Source: a virus (lineage: Duplodnaviria > Caudoviricetes). From it: a stretch of 46,410 nt of DNA. Shown here in pieces: positions 36,437 to 45,723 of the stretch; position 1 is the first letter of the stretch, and every line of letters begins with the position of its first letter. The notes below the pieces were generated by a model. That model did not search any database. It was not told where the DNA came from and saw nothing but the letters and a program-made list of their open reading frames with translations. The position numbers and the translations under genes are program-made. The stretch covers positions 1 to 46,410 of IMG/VR virus record IMGVR_UViG_3300010376_000055; one strand, 5' to 3'.

Positions 36437-36487
36437 CTGGTTAAGAGTAATGCCCCCTCGGATTTTGCTTCCACACGAATCGTCGGC

Positions 36488-37108
36488 CTAGAACCAATTC
36501 TCCTTAACGCCGTTGATCAAGTTCTTCTGAGCCCAGAAGTCTACAGGCTCGTTTGAGTCCTGTGCCCTGGACTCGGCCTGCTCCCACACTTCGGAGAGAT
36601 CAAGCGCTACCCAGCCCGGCTTTCCCTGCTCATAGGTCTCCAGTTTGTCGGTCGCGATCTTCGCGTCAAGCTGCGCAATATCCCTATCCTGGGTCGCTGA
36701 AAACACGAGCCCGAATAGTTCCGCGGCGGATGATGGTTCCTGCTTTAGGAGCTTGCCCATGCGCTTCACATCCGACTGGGGAACCACGATCGGCTCGCCC
36801 TCAGCGATCATCTCGATGAACCCGGCTACCGTGACGTCAAGCCTTCCGGCATACCGGGTCTTGAGCTTCTCGTGAACCGCAAGAGGCAAGGTCACCTGCA
36901 TCGTCGATCGCGCGGTCTGCTGGGCAATCATCGGGGCAGGACCGTTGAACTCCATTACCGGTCCCAGTTTCTTGAACTCCATCACATCGACCCACACGTG
37001 CGAGCTGTTCGCGGTGCAGACGATCTTCGAGTCTTCGGCTACGATCTGGCTTCTCCGGCCCTGCGCTTTGCACGAAGGGCAACTGTACTCAGTGGCAACT
37101 CTGGGCAT
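36488..37108 (-). CDS. Hypothetical protein with N-terminal Zn ribbon
   Basis: CPSC...CTANSSH; AAGGA SD. Confidence 0.7.
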   Translation of the reverse strand: MPRVATEYSCPSCKAQGRRSQIVAEDSKIVCTANSSHVWVDVMEFKKLGPVMEFNGPAPMIAQQTARSTMQVTLPLAVHEKLKTRYAGRLDVTVAGFIEMIAEGEPIVVPQSDVKRMGKLLKQEPSSAAELFGLVFSATQDRDIAQLDAKIATDKLETYEQGKPGWVALDLSEVWEQAESRAQDSNEPVDFWAQKNLINGVKENWF

Positions 37109-37120
37109 TGGATTTCCTTT

Positions 37121-39271
37121 CTATTCCGCCATCCATGAAGTTTCGCTTTCCTCGGTGTCCTCTTGGTTTGCTTCGTATTCGGCCATCAGCTCGGGAGTGA
37201 TCTGCTCGGACGGAATTCCGTCTTCCTGCATCTGGCGCGCTACGCCGTCCTTATCGAAGATCGAGTGGTCTGTGTTCTGAAAATCTGACGGGATCCGGAA
37301 CTTCTTTCCGTTCACTACCAGGTCGGCCTTCGCGCCGGCTTTGCGCACGATCTGCGAGTGGATGATCTTTTTGGCCTTGAACTCGGCTTCCCCTTGCGAC
37401 TTGCATACGAACTGGACCACGCCGTTGCGGTCCAAAATTTGGAATTCGTTTGCGTCCTCCGGCTCCTTCTTTGCCTGGGAGCTTAGGTTGTCTTGGAACT
37501 CGCCCTCGTGCGCGCAGTACTCGGCGATCATCAAGGCCATCACGTAATCGTCGTGCGCTCCCTCTCCATCCGCCCCGTCCTCGGTAAAGTCGCGGAATTC
37601 GTCAATCGTCTTCGCGTCGGGAATCTCGATCGCATTGCAGCGCATCACTTTGTCCATCTTCGAAATCAGGGCACGCTTTGACTTGTAGTCTGTAAGCCAG
37701 CCCACGATGTCGGTGATGAAGTGCTTCATGCGGTCCATGCGCTTGAACCGGTAGATGTTGTCGTACTCGTGCATACGCATCAGGATCGAGTTCGTGCTCA
37801 TGCCCATGGCGTTCACTTCGACAGCCGCCATCGCGTATTCGTAGTACGTGCAGAGAGCGAGAACGATCTCCGCCAGGTCTTCTGGATTGATCAGACCGTG
37901 CCAGCAGGCAACCTGAACGTCCGGGTCCTGAGTCTTTGAAATCTTCAATACCTGACAGCAGGAGTAGTCTCCACCTGGGTTCCCCAGCGAAACGTCCACT
38001 CCGACGCAATAGCTCGATCCCCGCATCGGCTTTTCCCATACGCTCAGCCGGTCATCGAACTCCGGATACGGAAGGTCTTCTTCGGGTCCAACGTCGCGCA
38101 TGATCAGGTGCGGACGCTTCTTCTCAAACTCGTATCGAATCTCTCCAATCCACTTCGGGTTGGCCGTACGCTTTGAGAACTTGTTGATGATTCCTCGCGG
38201 GATGGCCGTCAAGGCCGAGTTCTGAAAGCTCTCCTCGGCATTCGACGTGTACTCCTGTGAGAACAGCATGTCGTCGCCGTCGGTGGCCGTAAACTCTTCT
38301 TTCGTCTTGCGCATCCAGTTGAAGGTCTCGTTTGTGATCAGATACGATTCCTTCTCGAAAACCTGCTTGCGCATCTCCGTCTCTTCCGGAGTAAGAACGA
38401 AAACCGTGGTCTTTGCGATCGGCAGAGAGTAGGTCTTCGGCCTCCGGTAGAACGGGATGAATATCGGGTTCCAGTCGATCGATCCCTGCTCGGCCCGGCG
38501 CCACAGGTTATGCCACGCATCGTTGCGGCCGTTGGCTGTCGATCCCATGACATAGAACCCGTCTGACGCCTGGAAGGACCTTAGCAGCGACTTTGAAAGC
38601 TGGGAGGCATTGTTCCAGAACGCCAGCTCATCGAGCATGCCGCACCGGAACCCCTGCCCACGGCCCACTCCTGAAGGCCGGTTGGCGTTGTCCGCGTACA
38701 CCCAGTTCTTCAGGCCTGGCCGTGTCGCTCTCAGGATTTCGTCCTGCTCGTCGAAGTTGTAAACCGCTCCGGTCTGGTGAATGTTTACTCTCGGCTTCAT
38801 CCACCAAGGCAGGAAGTCGAAGGCCGATTCGTACATGCCCATGTTGTACTTCGCGCCTTTTTCGTCCTGGCTCACGATGATCGCATCGGTGTGCTCGAGC
38901 TTGATCGCGGTCTTGTGCAGGAACTCCCCGATCATGTACGTGGTGTATCCCATGCGCCGGGCCTTCAGCACCATGGCGCGCACCTTGCCCTGAGTCTTCT
39001 CGAGCTTCCTCAGCTCATCGTGAAGGATTTCCTGGGAATCGAAGAACGGATAGAGGCCCTGGAAGCCCTGATCCTCGGTACGGATCGCGTAGTAGTTTGA
39101 AAGGAAGTACCGAGGCTCGGTTATGCACTTATAGAATTCGTCGTCGAGCCAAGCATTGTCGGCAGCGGTCAGATAGGCCCGGGCCTCATCATCGGACGTG
39201 TATTTCGACCGGTGATGGTCGAGTATCTCGATGATCTCTTCGAGGTACGGATTGGCCCGGGTGATCGCCAC
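37121..39271 (-). CDS. terL: Terminase large subunit
   Basis: LKARRMGYTT (Walker A), GRG..F...MLDELAFW (Walker B), GSTANG, GVDVSLG...DYS nuclease motif, HDDYVMA. Confidence 0.95.
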   Translation of the reverse strand: MAITRANPYLEEIIEILDHHRSKYTSDDEARAYLTAADNAWLDDEFYKCITEPRYFLSNYYAIRTEDQGFQGLYPFFDSQEILHDELRKLEKTQGKVRAMVLKARRMGYTTYMIGEFLHKTAIKLEHTDAIIVSQDEKGAKYNMGMYESAFDFLPWWMKPRVNIHQTGAVYNFDEQDEILRATRPGLKNWVYADNANRPSGVGRGQGFRCGMLDELAFWNNASQLSKSLLRSFQASDGFYVMGSTANGRNDAWHNLWRRAEQGSIDWNPIFIPFYRRPKTYSLPIAKTTVFVLTPEETEMRKQVFEKESYLITNETFNWMRKTKEEFTATDGDDMLFSQEYTSNAEESFQNSALTAIPRGIINKFSKRTANPKWIGEIRYEFEKKRPHLIMRDVGPEEDLPYPEFDDRLSVWEKPMRGSSYCVGVDVSLGNPGGDYSCCQVLKISKTQDPDVQVACWHGLINPEDLAEIVLALCTYYEYAMAAVEVNAMGMSTNSILMRMHEYDNIYRFKRMDRMKHFITDIVGWLTDYKSKRALISKMDKVMRCNAIEIPDAKTIDEFRDFTEDGADGEGAHDDYVMALMIAEYCAHEGEFQDNLSSQAKKEPEDANEFQILDRNGVVQFVCKSQGEAEFKAKKIIHSQIVRKAGAKADLVVNGKKFRIPSDFQNTDHSIFDKDGVARQMQEDGIPSEQITPELMAEYEANQEDTEESETSWMAE

Positions 39272-39897
39272 TATTCATCGTCCTCGTCGTCACCCTCTTC
39301 CTCGTCGAGATCGTCGTCATTATCTTCCGGAGTCTCGTCGCGGTCCAGGTGATCCGGAACCGCCGCGGTCTCAGCCGGCAAAAGGTTCGCCTCAGCCGCC
39401 TTCTTTCTGAGCCGGGCGAGTCTCTCTTCCGTCGTCTCGGCCTTCGACATCACTACTGTGGCATTGTTGTTCTGTTGGTTGTTGTTGACAACGGCCACTG
39501 GAGACTTCGGCTGTAGTCCGATCATCAACTCCTTGACCACACGCGAGGCGTCAAGCTGAGTCGACTTGTCGTCAACCTGGATGTCCTCTTCCTTTCCGGT
39601 CTTCGAGTTCTTTACGCGCACGATATTCTTCGCGTTCAGGAGCCTGTCGAGCGTTCTCTTCATCTTCGGAGCCGTCTCGATGACCACATTCCGGATGGCG
39701 ATGTCCATCTCGGTCTGGGAGTTCACCTGCCGGAAGATGCGAACCTCTTTGATCGAGTTCCGAACGGTGGCGACCGACACGTGCTCCTCGGCCGCGATGT
39801 CCTGATCGGTGTCGCCGCGCTCCCGCTTCAAGAACCGCATCAGGTGCCTAGGGTCTGATAGGTTTACCCCGACCGGCAATTTAGCGACTTTCTTCAT
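39271..39897 (-). CDS. Probable terminase small subunit
   Basis: N-terminal HTH (DQDIAAEEHVSVATVRNSI), VNNNQQNNN, acidic tail; immediately upstream of terL. Confidence 0.65.
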   Translation of the reverse strand: MKKVAKLPVGVNLSDPRHLMRFLKRERGDTDQDIAAEEHVSVATVRNSIKEVRIFRQVNSQTEMDIAIRNVVIETAPKMKRTLDRLLNAKNIVRVKNSKTGKEEDIQVDDKSTQLDASRVVKELMIGLQPKSPVAVVNNNQQNNNATVVMSKAETTEERLARLRKKAAEANLLPAETAAVPDHLDRDETPEDNDDDLDEEEGDDEDDE

Positions 39898-40379
39898 TCA
39901 GCCTCAACCATTCTGCCTGGGGGCGGCTCGGCCGGAGGATTGATCTCAATCCCCGACTCGCGAAGCTTTTCGTGGAGATCGGCTTCGAGGACATCAGTCT
40001 CGTTTCCAGTCGTGTCTCCGGTTTCTACTTCCGCATCCTGTTCGGGCTCTTCCGGCTTAACTGCATACATCCGGTAGTCCGGAGGCGGGAATCCAGCCGG
40101 TGCGCGCGGCGTGGGAGGCGTGGGAGGCGTGTTCGCTCCGCCCACGGCTTCCCATCCCTGGGGCTCCGTAGCCGGAGGAGTGGGGTTCCACTGCGTAAGC
40201 CAGTTCCGAATCTCGCGGAAGTCGCCCTCGAAGGCCTGGGCCGTCTGAACGGCCTTGTTCAAGGTGTCGGTCAGCTTGCTGGCCGCCGTAAACACTCTGC
40301 GTCCAAACCGCATGAGCTCGCCGATCGCGAGTCCGATAACCGCTCCACTAACAGCAAAAATAACCGCGTTTTCCGTCAT
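39894..40379 (-). CDS. Membrane-anchored Pro-rich/acidic protein
   Basis: N-terminal hydrophobic helix; ATGA-coupled. Confidence 0.6.
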   Translation of the reverse strand: MTENAVIFAVSGAVIGLAIGELMRFGRRVFTAASKLTDTLNKAVQTAQAFEGDFREIRNWLTQWNPTPPATEPQGWEAVGGANTPPTPPTPRAPAGFPPPDYRMYAVKPEEPEQDAEVETGDTTGNETDVLEADLHEKLRESGIEINPPAEPPPGRMVEAE

Positions 40380-40600
40380 GGGATCACTACCGGGGAACCG
40401 TCTGTGCGTACGCCCTTCATCTCGCCGTTCAGGTAGACGTTGGTCTCGATCCGGTAAGAGCAGCCGGTCTCAGCGTTGGTGCATGAGTACTCGAGATGCG
40501 TCACCCCGCGTTTGTTCTTGATGATTTTGGGTTTCAAAACGGTTCCGCACTTCTGACAGATTACGGGGCTTGCTATCAATGGAGCGTGGTCTGGAAACAT
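40376..40600 (-). CDS. Small Zn-finger protein
   Basis: CQKC...CTNAETGC; GGAGGAG SD; overlaps the 3' extension of the deformylase frame. Confidence 0.65.
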   Translation of the reverse strand: MFPDHAPLIASPVICQKCGTVLKPKIIKNKRGVTHLEYSCTNAETGCSYRIETNVYLNGEMKGVRTDGSPVVIP

Positions 40601-41141
40601 CGTTCTCCTCCGCGCGAGCTTGCCTCGCGGTTTTCCAATCGTTGAACTTGGTCAGCACTTCTCGTCGTCTCCTGTCCGGAATGCGATCGATGAAGAACGT
40701 TCCGTTCAGGTGATCGATTTCGTGCTGCATGATGCGCGCCGACATCAGCCGGAACGTGTAGGGCTTTTTCTTGTCTGGGAATTCAAGCGAAGCGGCTTCA
40801 AGGTCTACGTACTCTAATCGGGGAACCATGCAGAGATTACCGGCTGGGGGGATACTCAGGCATGCCTCTAAGCCGTCAATCTCTTTTCCGTACAGCCGGG
40901 TGATCTCCGGGTTGATTAGGGTTATGACCGATTCATCGTCAAGCTGGGCCATGACCACCTGCTTGAAGATACCGATCTGGGGAGCCGCAAGCCCTACTCC
41001 TCCGAACTGGCGTATCGTCTCGAACATTCGAATCGCCAACTCCGGCAAGCTATCGTACTCCCAAGGCATAACTGGTTCAGATACCACATTGATCATGGCT
41101 GGCCCGTATATGAGAACCGTGGCCCTAACTGGTACTTCCAT
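40470..41141 (-). CDS. def: Peptide deformylase
   Basis: All three motifs present: GVGLAAPQIG, EACLS, QHEIDHLNG. Confidence 0.93.
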   Translation of the reverse strand: MEVPVRATVLIYGPAMINVVSEPVMPWEYDSLPELAIRMFETIRQFGGVGLAAPQIGIFKQVVMAQLDDESVITLINPEITRLYGKEIDGLEACLSIPPAGNLCMVPRLEYVDLEAASLEFPDKKKPYTFRLMSARIMQHEIDHLNGTFFIDRIPDRRRREVLTKFNDWKTARQARAEENDVSRPRSIDSKPRNLSEVRNRFETQNHQEQTRGDASRVLMHQR

Positions 41142-41150
41142 AGGGGACCC

Positions 41151-41624
41151 TCAAGGAACTGCGATTTTTCGCCCCTGAATGTTATGCTCGGCGCGCATCA
41201 GGGACTCCAGAACCGGAGGGAGCGGTGAGCTACACATCAGCTCGATTCTTTGCTTATCCGCTACCGTCCATTGTTCCAGCAACATCTTATGAACAACGCA
41301 GATCCCGCCCTGCTTTCCGGAGCGGCAGTCGCAACCTAGAAACGTGTCCAGGCGCTCCTTCGCATGCGGTTGCCAGACTTCATCCTCTTTCCAAATTGGC
41401 CCAAAAAGATAATCGGCCACAAACGGGCCCTGCCCGTCCATGCGCCTTCCAACCGACCTTCCCATTGACCAGACACCAAACGGAGTCTGAACACCCGGCA
41501 CGATGATGTACGCGGTTTCGAGCCACTCGGTCGAGCCTTCCGACACCCTAACATCGACCTTGACCGGAGCCGGCTCTTCCTTCTTGTTCGAACCGCGGCG
41601 ATCGATAACTTCAAAACTCGACAC
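41151..41624 (-). CDS. Hypothetical protein
   Basis: 157 aa, MSSFEVIDRR, CDC...CVVH. Confidence 0.65.
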   Translation of the reverse strand: MSSFEVIDRRGSNKKEEPAPVKVDVRVSEGSTEWLETAYIIVPGVQTPFGVWSMGRSVGRRMDGQGPFVADYLFGPIWKEDEVWQPHAKERLDTFLGCDCRSGKQGGICVVHKMLLEQWTVADKQRIELMCSSPLPPVLESLMRAEHNIQGRKIAVP

Positions 41625-41808
41625 AGTAGTTTCCCTTTCCGTCGCTTTGGACCTGGTCGCCGGGATGCATGTGGTACGCGAATACCAGCTCCGGGTGGGA
41701 GTCTTTGCCCTTGGTTACAGCATAGAGCGCCACAACCGGACCATTGACGTCTACCAGCCCTGACTGTACTTCGCGCCTGGCTCCGTTCTTGATTGTGAGT
41801 GTAACCAT
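41611..41808 (-). CDS. Hypothetical protein
   Basis: 65 aa coupled ORF. Confidence 0.55.
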   Translation of the reverse strand: MVTLTIKNGARREVQSGLVDVNGPVVALYAVTKGKDSHPELVFAYHMHPGDQVQSDGKGNYCVEF

Positions 41809-42086
41809 TAGTTGACTGGTCCCCCTTTATTGATCAGATCGCTCATCGGTCCCACTTCCGCAGTTGTCTGAGTTCTCGACTCTAGGAGCCTTACGATAGA
41901 AAGCTTGGCCATGTCGAGCATGCCCAGAAGTACCGTAGCGCTGTTTGTGTTCTGCAGAGTCGTTACCCCGATATGCTTATCGACAACCACGAGCACGGCC
42001 TTTTCGGGGTTCTCCAAGATCAGACGGTGAACGCCGTCGGCAAAGGCCTTTAGAAGCTCCATTTGTTGATCCGTAAATTCCTTCAT
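41808..42086 (-). CDS. Hypothetical protein
   Basis: AAGGA SD and ATGA coupling at 42086. Confidence 0.55.
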   Translation of the reverse strand: MKEFTDQQMELLKAFADGVHRLILENPEKAVLVVVDKHIGVTTLQNTNSATVLLGMLDMAKLSIVRLLESRTQTTAEVGPMSDLINKGGPVN

Positions 42087-42313
42087 TGGGTCCTTGTCGT
42101 GTGCACGGCGAAGGTTATGCCGTCCTTCTCTTTTAGCTGTGGGTGGCATGGGCAGTCCATCTTCAGCTCGTGGTAGCCCATGTTTATCGTCTCGCCTTCA
42201 ACCGAACAAGGGACGACGTGCGGCATGCGGTCTTCAAGCTCCGCGCGCGTCGTTCCGGATGCGAGAGGAGCGATTTTCCCTACGCCGTCCCTTGTGAATA
42301 CGAACCACATCAA
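42083..42313 (-). CDS. Hypothetical protein
   Basis: HVVP...HELKMDCPCHP His/Cys motif. Confidence 0.55.
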   Translation of the reverse strand: MMWFVFTRDGVGKIAPLASGTTRAELEDRMPHVVPCSVEGETINMGYHELKMDCPCHPQLKEKDGITFAVHTTRTQ

Positions 42314-43089
42314 TTGGGCCTCTGGCTTGCCTGGAACATACGGCTCTGGGCGAGTAATCCGTCAAGGTCCAAACCCGTAGGACTCTTGCCGGTGTTCTGG
42401 TCTACGAAGTCTTCGGTGATCACGACGTAACCTTCATCGAGCGTCCCGAGCAGGAACCGCCAGCTTGACGGTATCCATAGACCCCAGGTTCCGATCTTCC
42501 CTCCAGCCGCGCCTTCCCCGCACTGGATTATGCAGTGTCCTCCGGCGATCGGTAGATTGGTGGGATCGAAGTTCCAGTTGTTGACGTTGATCTCGGCCTG
42601 CTTCGGGCAGTTCATGCCAAGGTAGAGCCCACCAAAGGTGTAAGCCGCAAACCGCATCTGCGCCACGCTCGAGATGTCGACCGAGGCGTACCCGGCGATC
42701 TTGTGAACCACATTACCCAGAGTGATTCCGGTTGCCTGCCAGTAGTTAAGAAGGTCGGTAAGAACGGTGCCGTTGTCGGTTGAGGGATCGTCTGACTTGA
42801 ACCCGGTCACAGCCGTGTAGAGGTTCAGGGTGTCGGCCTTGGTTGGAACGACTCTGCGTCCCACGTTGGCCTGTTGAGCCTGGATCAGGTGCATGGCTCC
42901 GGCCTCGGCGCAGCAACCGAACTGGTCGTTTCCGAGGATGTCCATGTCGGATGAGGGAACCGCGAACTCCCAACCCTTTGCCGGGACCGTAGGCCAGGCG
43001 ATTGCCCGGTCGAGAAAGTCTCCGAGAGCTGGCATCATCATGTGGCGCTTGGGGGCAAGCTTGCCTCCCTTGAACACTTCAAATGACAT
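42310..43089 (-). CDS. Papain-like cysteine peptidase
   Basis: LGNDQFGCCAEAG (Cys), GGHCI (His), TWG. Confidence 0.75.
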   Translation of the reverse strand: MSFEVFKGGKLAPKRHMMMPALGDFLDRAIAWPTVPAKGWEFAVPSSDMDILGNDQFGCCAEAGAMHLIQAQQANVGRRVVPTKADTLNLYTAVTGFKSDDPSTDNGTVLTDLLNYWQATGITLGNVVHKIAGYASVDISSVAQMRFAAYTFGGLYLGMNCPKQAEINVNNWNFDPTNLPIAGGHCIIQCGEGAAGGKIGTWGLWIPSSWRFLLGTLDEGYVVITEDFVDQNTGKSPTGLDLDGLLAQSRMFQASQRPN

Positions 43090-43096
43090 TCTGACC

Positions 43097-43207
43097 TCAC
43101 TCGTCGAATGGATTGATGGCGTTATTGATTACATCCGCGTAGATGCGGGCAACGATGATAATGACTGCCAAAAAACCAGCTCCAATCAGAATCACCGTTG
43201 CCCACAT
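43097..43207 (-). CDS. 36-aa single-TM peptide (not in the ORF track)
   Basis: GGAG/AAGG upstream; MWATVILIGAGFLAVIIIVARIYADVINNAINPFDE*. Confidence 0.5.
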   Translation of the reverse strand: MWATVILIGAGFLAVIIIVARIYADVINNAINPFDE

Positions 43208-43250
43208 GGCCCTTTATCTCCACCAAGCCTTCTAGTGTCCCCGAGGGTTT

Positions 43251-43790
43251 CTACTCTGCCAGCATTTCCTCTGGCAAACCGAGATGCTTGACTTCGTCGT
43301 TCCAGACCGTCTTGTACTGGTGCTGGGGGGAGTGGAAGATCGAGCGCTTGAAGCCGGGAACCAGAGCCTCGACGCGCGCGGCGGTGTCTGCCGCAACGTG
43401 AGCCGCAAACTGTCCCTGAGTCTCTTCGGCGCTGGCTGCTGCGGGAGTCGGAGTCGGAGGATTGACCGGAAGTGGCGCCGGGGAGTTCGCGCTGATCACG
43501 CCCACAACCGCGGTGAGGCCGGCGAGGATGATATTGACCAAGGTCTGAATGCTCGCCGGGATCGGAAGAGAGCTGACGGCCGTCTGAAGAACACTCAATG
43601 CCTGTTCGACTTCGGTAGCCACGTTTCCGGGGACCCAGCTCTGCAATGCCGTGAGAGCGTTGTTGTACTCGGTGATGACGGTCGTAAAGATCGGATCGGC
43701 TGAAAGACCCAACTGCTTTCCGAGGGCTACGATGGTCGGCTCAATCGCGGTCAGAAGATTGATCGCGGTCTGCTTTGCGTTCTGACACAT
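43251..43790 (-). CDS. Hypothetical helical protein
   Basis: AAAGG SD; amphipathic helices. Confidence 0.65.
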   Translation of the reverse strand: MCQNAKQTAINLLTAIEPTIVALGKQLGLSADPIFTTVITEYNNALTALQSWVPGNVATEVEQALSVLQTAVSSLPIPASIQTLVNIILAGLTAVVGVISANSPAPLPVNPPTPTPAAASAEETQGQFAAHVAADTAARVEALVPGFKRSIFHSPQHQYKTVWNDEVKHLGLPEEMLAE

Positions 43791-43849
43791 ACCTTTCACT
43801 CCTTTTGGGTAACGTTCAAGAGAACTGCCAACACAAATCTACCACTGAA

Positions 43850-44473
43850 TTACAAATTCAGGGCAGCGCGCACCACAATGCCGAACAGGTGGTCCTTCAA
43901 CCTCTGGTTGATGGGAAGCTGAGAGTAGGGCAAAAAGCAGGGGTGCTCCTTCTTCTCAACGTCCTTGACCGGGCCGTATTTCCAGCCTTCCGCCCTCTTG
44001 TAATCGAGCCATTTCTGATGGCTCTCTTCAGAGGTTATGCTCGGGTTTGCGATGATCCCCATGACCCCGGTTCGAACCGACTGCTTCAGGATTTCCGGAG
44101 CATCGTCCCAGTGGTCTGCTGGATCCCCGATCGCCACGCACAACTGGAAGTTCGCTTCCTGCGCGGCTCGGGAGGCCTTCTCAAGCCACTCGGACTTCAG
44201 AACGTTTCCTGCCTCAAACTGCGGACCCGGAGAGAAGCTGAAGTAACCATCCGTATACCGGACGAAATACCATCCGTCCTGGGGATTCGGTTTTCCTTCA
44301 AGTTCGTGGTTGGTGATGATCTTGTTGGCGTACCCATCTTCTTCAAACGCCAGCTCGATGTCGACTGTACTGCGGTGAATCTTCCGGATCTTCAAGGCGT
44401 AAACCGTCTTGACCGACCGGTACTCGGGCATCGCTCTCAAACCGACGTGCCCCACTTCTGAGGTTGCTCCCAT
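43850..44473 (-). CDS. RyR-domain phage protein with a DUF2829-associated-type N-terminus
   Basis: ESHQKWLDYKRAEGWKYGPVKDVEKKEHPCFLPYSQLP; GWYFVRYTDGYFSFSP. Confidence 0.8.
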   Translation of the reverse strand: MGATSEVGHVGLRAMPEYRSVKTVYALKIRKIHRSTVDIELAFEEDGYANKIITNHELEGKPNPQDGWYFVRYTDGYFSFSPGPQFEAGNVLKSEWLEKASRAAQEANFQLCVAIGDPADHWDDAPEILKQSVRTGVMGIIANPSITSEESHQKWLDYKRAEGWKYGPVKDVEKKEHPCFLPYSQLPINQRLKDHLFGIVVRAALNL

Positions 44474-44495
44474 TTCCTTCTTTCCTCCCTTGCTT

Positions 44496-44801
44496 TTAGT
44501 CGTCGTGTTTCAAGTCTTTTCTCTCGGAAGGCGGAATGAATCCGACCTTCTTGTGGTTCGGATCGATGATCCAGGCGATCTTGTCGAGCTCGTGCTTGTT
44601 GGGCTTGGACTTGTCCTGAAAGTCCGAGCACTGCGACACCGGTCCGCGAAGCCGCTGTGGGTGATTGCTCATCGTGCAGCACAGATGCACTTCGCTGTCA
44701 TCGATCGCATATTTGCGACCGTGGTAGTTCCAGCACTTCAAGCACAGATTTTGCCGGGAGTCGGAAGCGGCCCGAGACCGCTCCCCGATGATCACAAACA
44801 T
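44496..44801 (-). CDS. Cys-rich hypothetical protein
   Basis: GGAG SD; CLKC, VSQCSDF, KVGF. Confidence 0.65.
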   Translation of the reverse strand: MFVIIGERSRAASDSRQNLCLKCWNYHGRKYAIDDSEVHLCCTMSNHPQRLRGPVSQCSDFQDKSKPNKHELDKIAWIIDPNHKKVGFIPPSERKDLKHDD

Positions 44802-44803
44802 GG

Positions 44804-45124
44804 CTACTCCAAAGAAACCCGCATCGACGGCACAATGAGCTTCGGCAGCTTCAGAACCTTGAAGACGTTGTACTGCTTGCAGGCGATGTTGTCGCAAGTG
44901 ATGATAACGAACTCCTGCTCGGGAGAGTACTCAGTACTCATGTCGTTATCGATGTAACTCTCTTGTGAACTGCCCGGTGAGCAAGAGTTGTAAGACTCAA
45001 GCTGCGCCTTTCGCTGCGCTTTTGAAAACTTGTTAACTGTCAAATTTCCAACATGAATAGACATCTTGCAGCTCGGACACTGGATGTGCGGAATTGCAAG
45101 CACTGTTTGGTCGTTCGACGGCAT
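44804..45124 (-). CDS. Zn-ribbon hypothetical protein
   Basis: CPSC...CDNIAC; AGGAGG SD. Confidence 0.6.
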   Translation of the reverse strand: MPSNDQTVLAIPHIQCPSCKMSIHVGNLTVNKFSKAQRKAQLESYNSCSPGSSQESYIDNDMSTEYSPEQEFVIITCDNIACKQYNVFKVLKLPKLIVPSMRVSLE

Positions 45125-45708
45125 TACTTTCCTCCTTTTCGTTTATCGATCAGCTTCTTCAAATCCTGGGTATTGATCAGGTTTTGAATGATGATGTCCC
45201 GAAGCATCCTCTGTTCATAGAGCATCTTCTGCCACTCTTTCTCAGTGACCTCGTGAATGTCCGGAACGCACTTGTCCGGTGGGGGAGTCGTGCAGGACGC
45301 ATAGCAAGTCCCGGTAGTCGTGTCGCACTCAGCCGGTCCACAATTACCCGGCCAATGCTCGACGTGCTCGTACTGCGCGCAGTGCAACTCCTTCTTCTCC
45401 AGACCCAGGGGCACGTATCCCTTAGCCACAGCCGCGCGAACCAAATCCTGCCAGTCGTGCCCGTTTGAGAGAGTGCAGTTGTCGAGCGAGTAATCCAGCC
45501 GCCGGCAGTGACCGATCACATCGTTGCCGTCCTGAATCAAGACCCGATTCTCTGGCTCACCCACAAACCGGTAGTCGTGCGCCTTCTCCGTCCCCTGAAT
45601 AGCCGGAGCCTGGTTCGTCACATTCAAGTGACCCCCAATCGTTACTGCCTGGCTCTGGCCATGCACCATCTGACCAGCCAACAAAACCACCAAAACAGGA
45701 TTCAGCAT
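45124..45708 (-). CDS. Secreted Cys-rich hypothetical protein
   Basis: Hydrophobic N-terminus; several Cys. Confidence 0.55.
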   Translation of the reverse strand: MLNPVLVVLLAGQMVHGQSQAVTIGGHLNVTNQAPAIQGTEKAHDYRFVGEPENRVLIQDGNDVIGHCRRLDYSLDNCTLSNGHDWQDLVRAAVAKGYVPLGLEKKELHCAQYEHVEHWPGNCGPAECDTTTGTCYASCTTPPPDKCVPDIHEVTEKEWQKMLYEQRMLRDIIIQNLINTQDLKKLIDKRKGGK

Positions 45709-45723
45709 CCAACCCCCCCCCCT

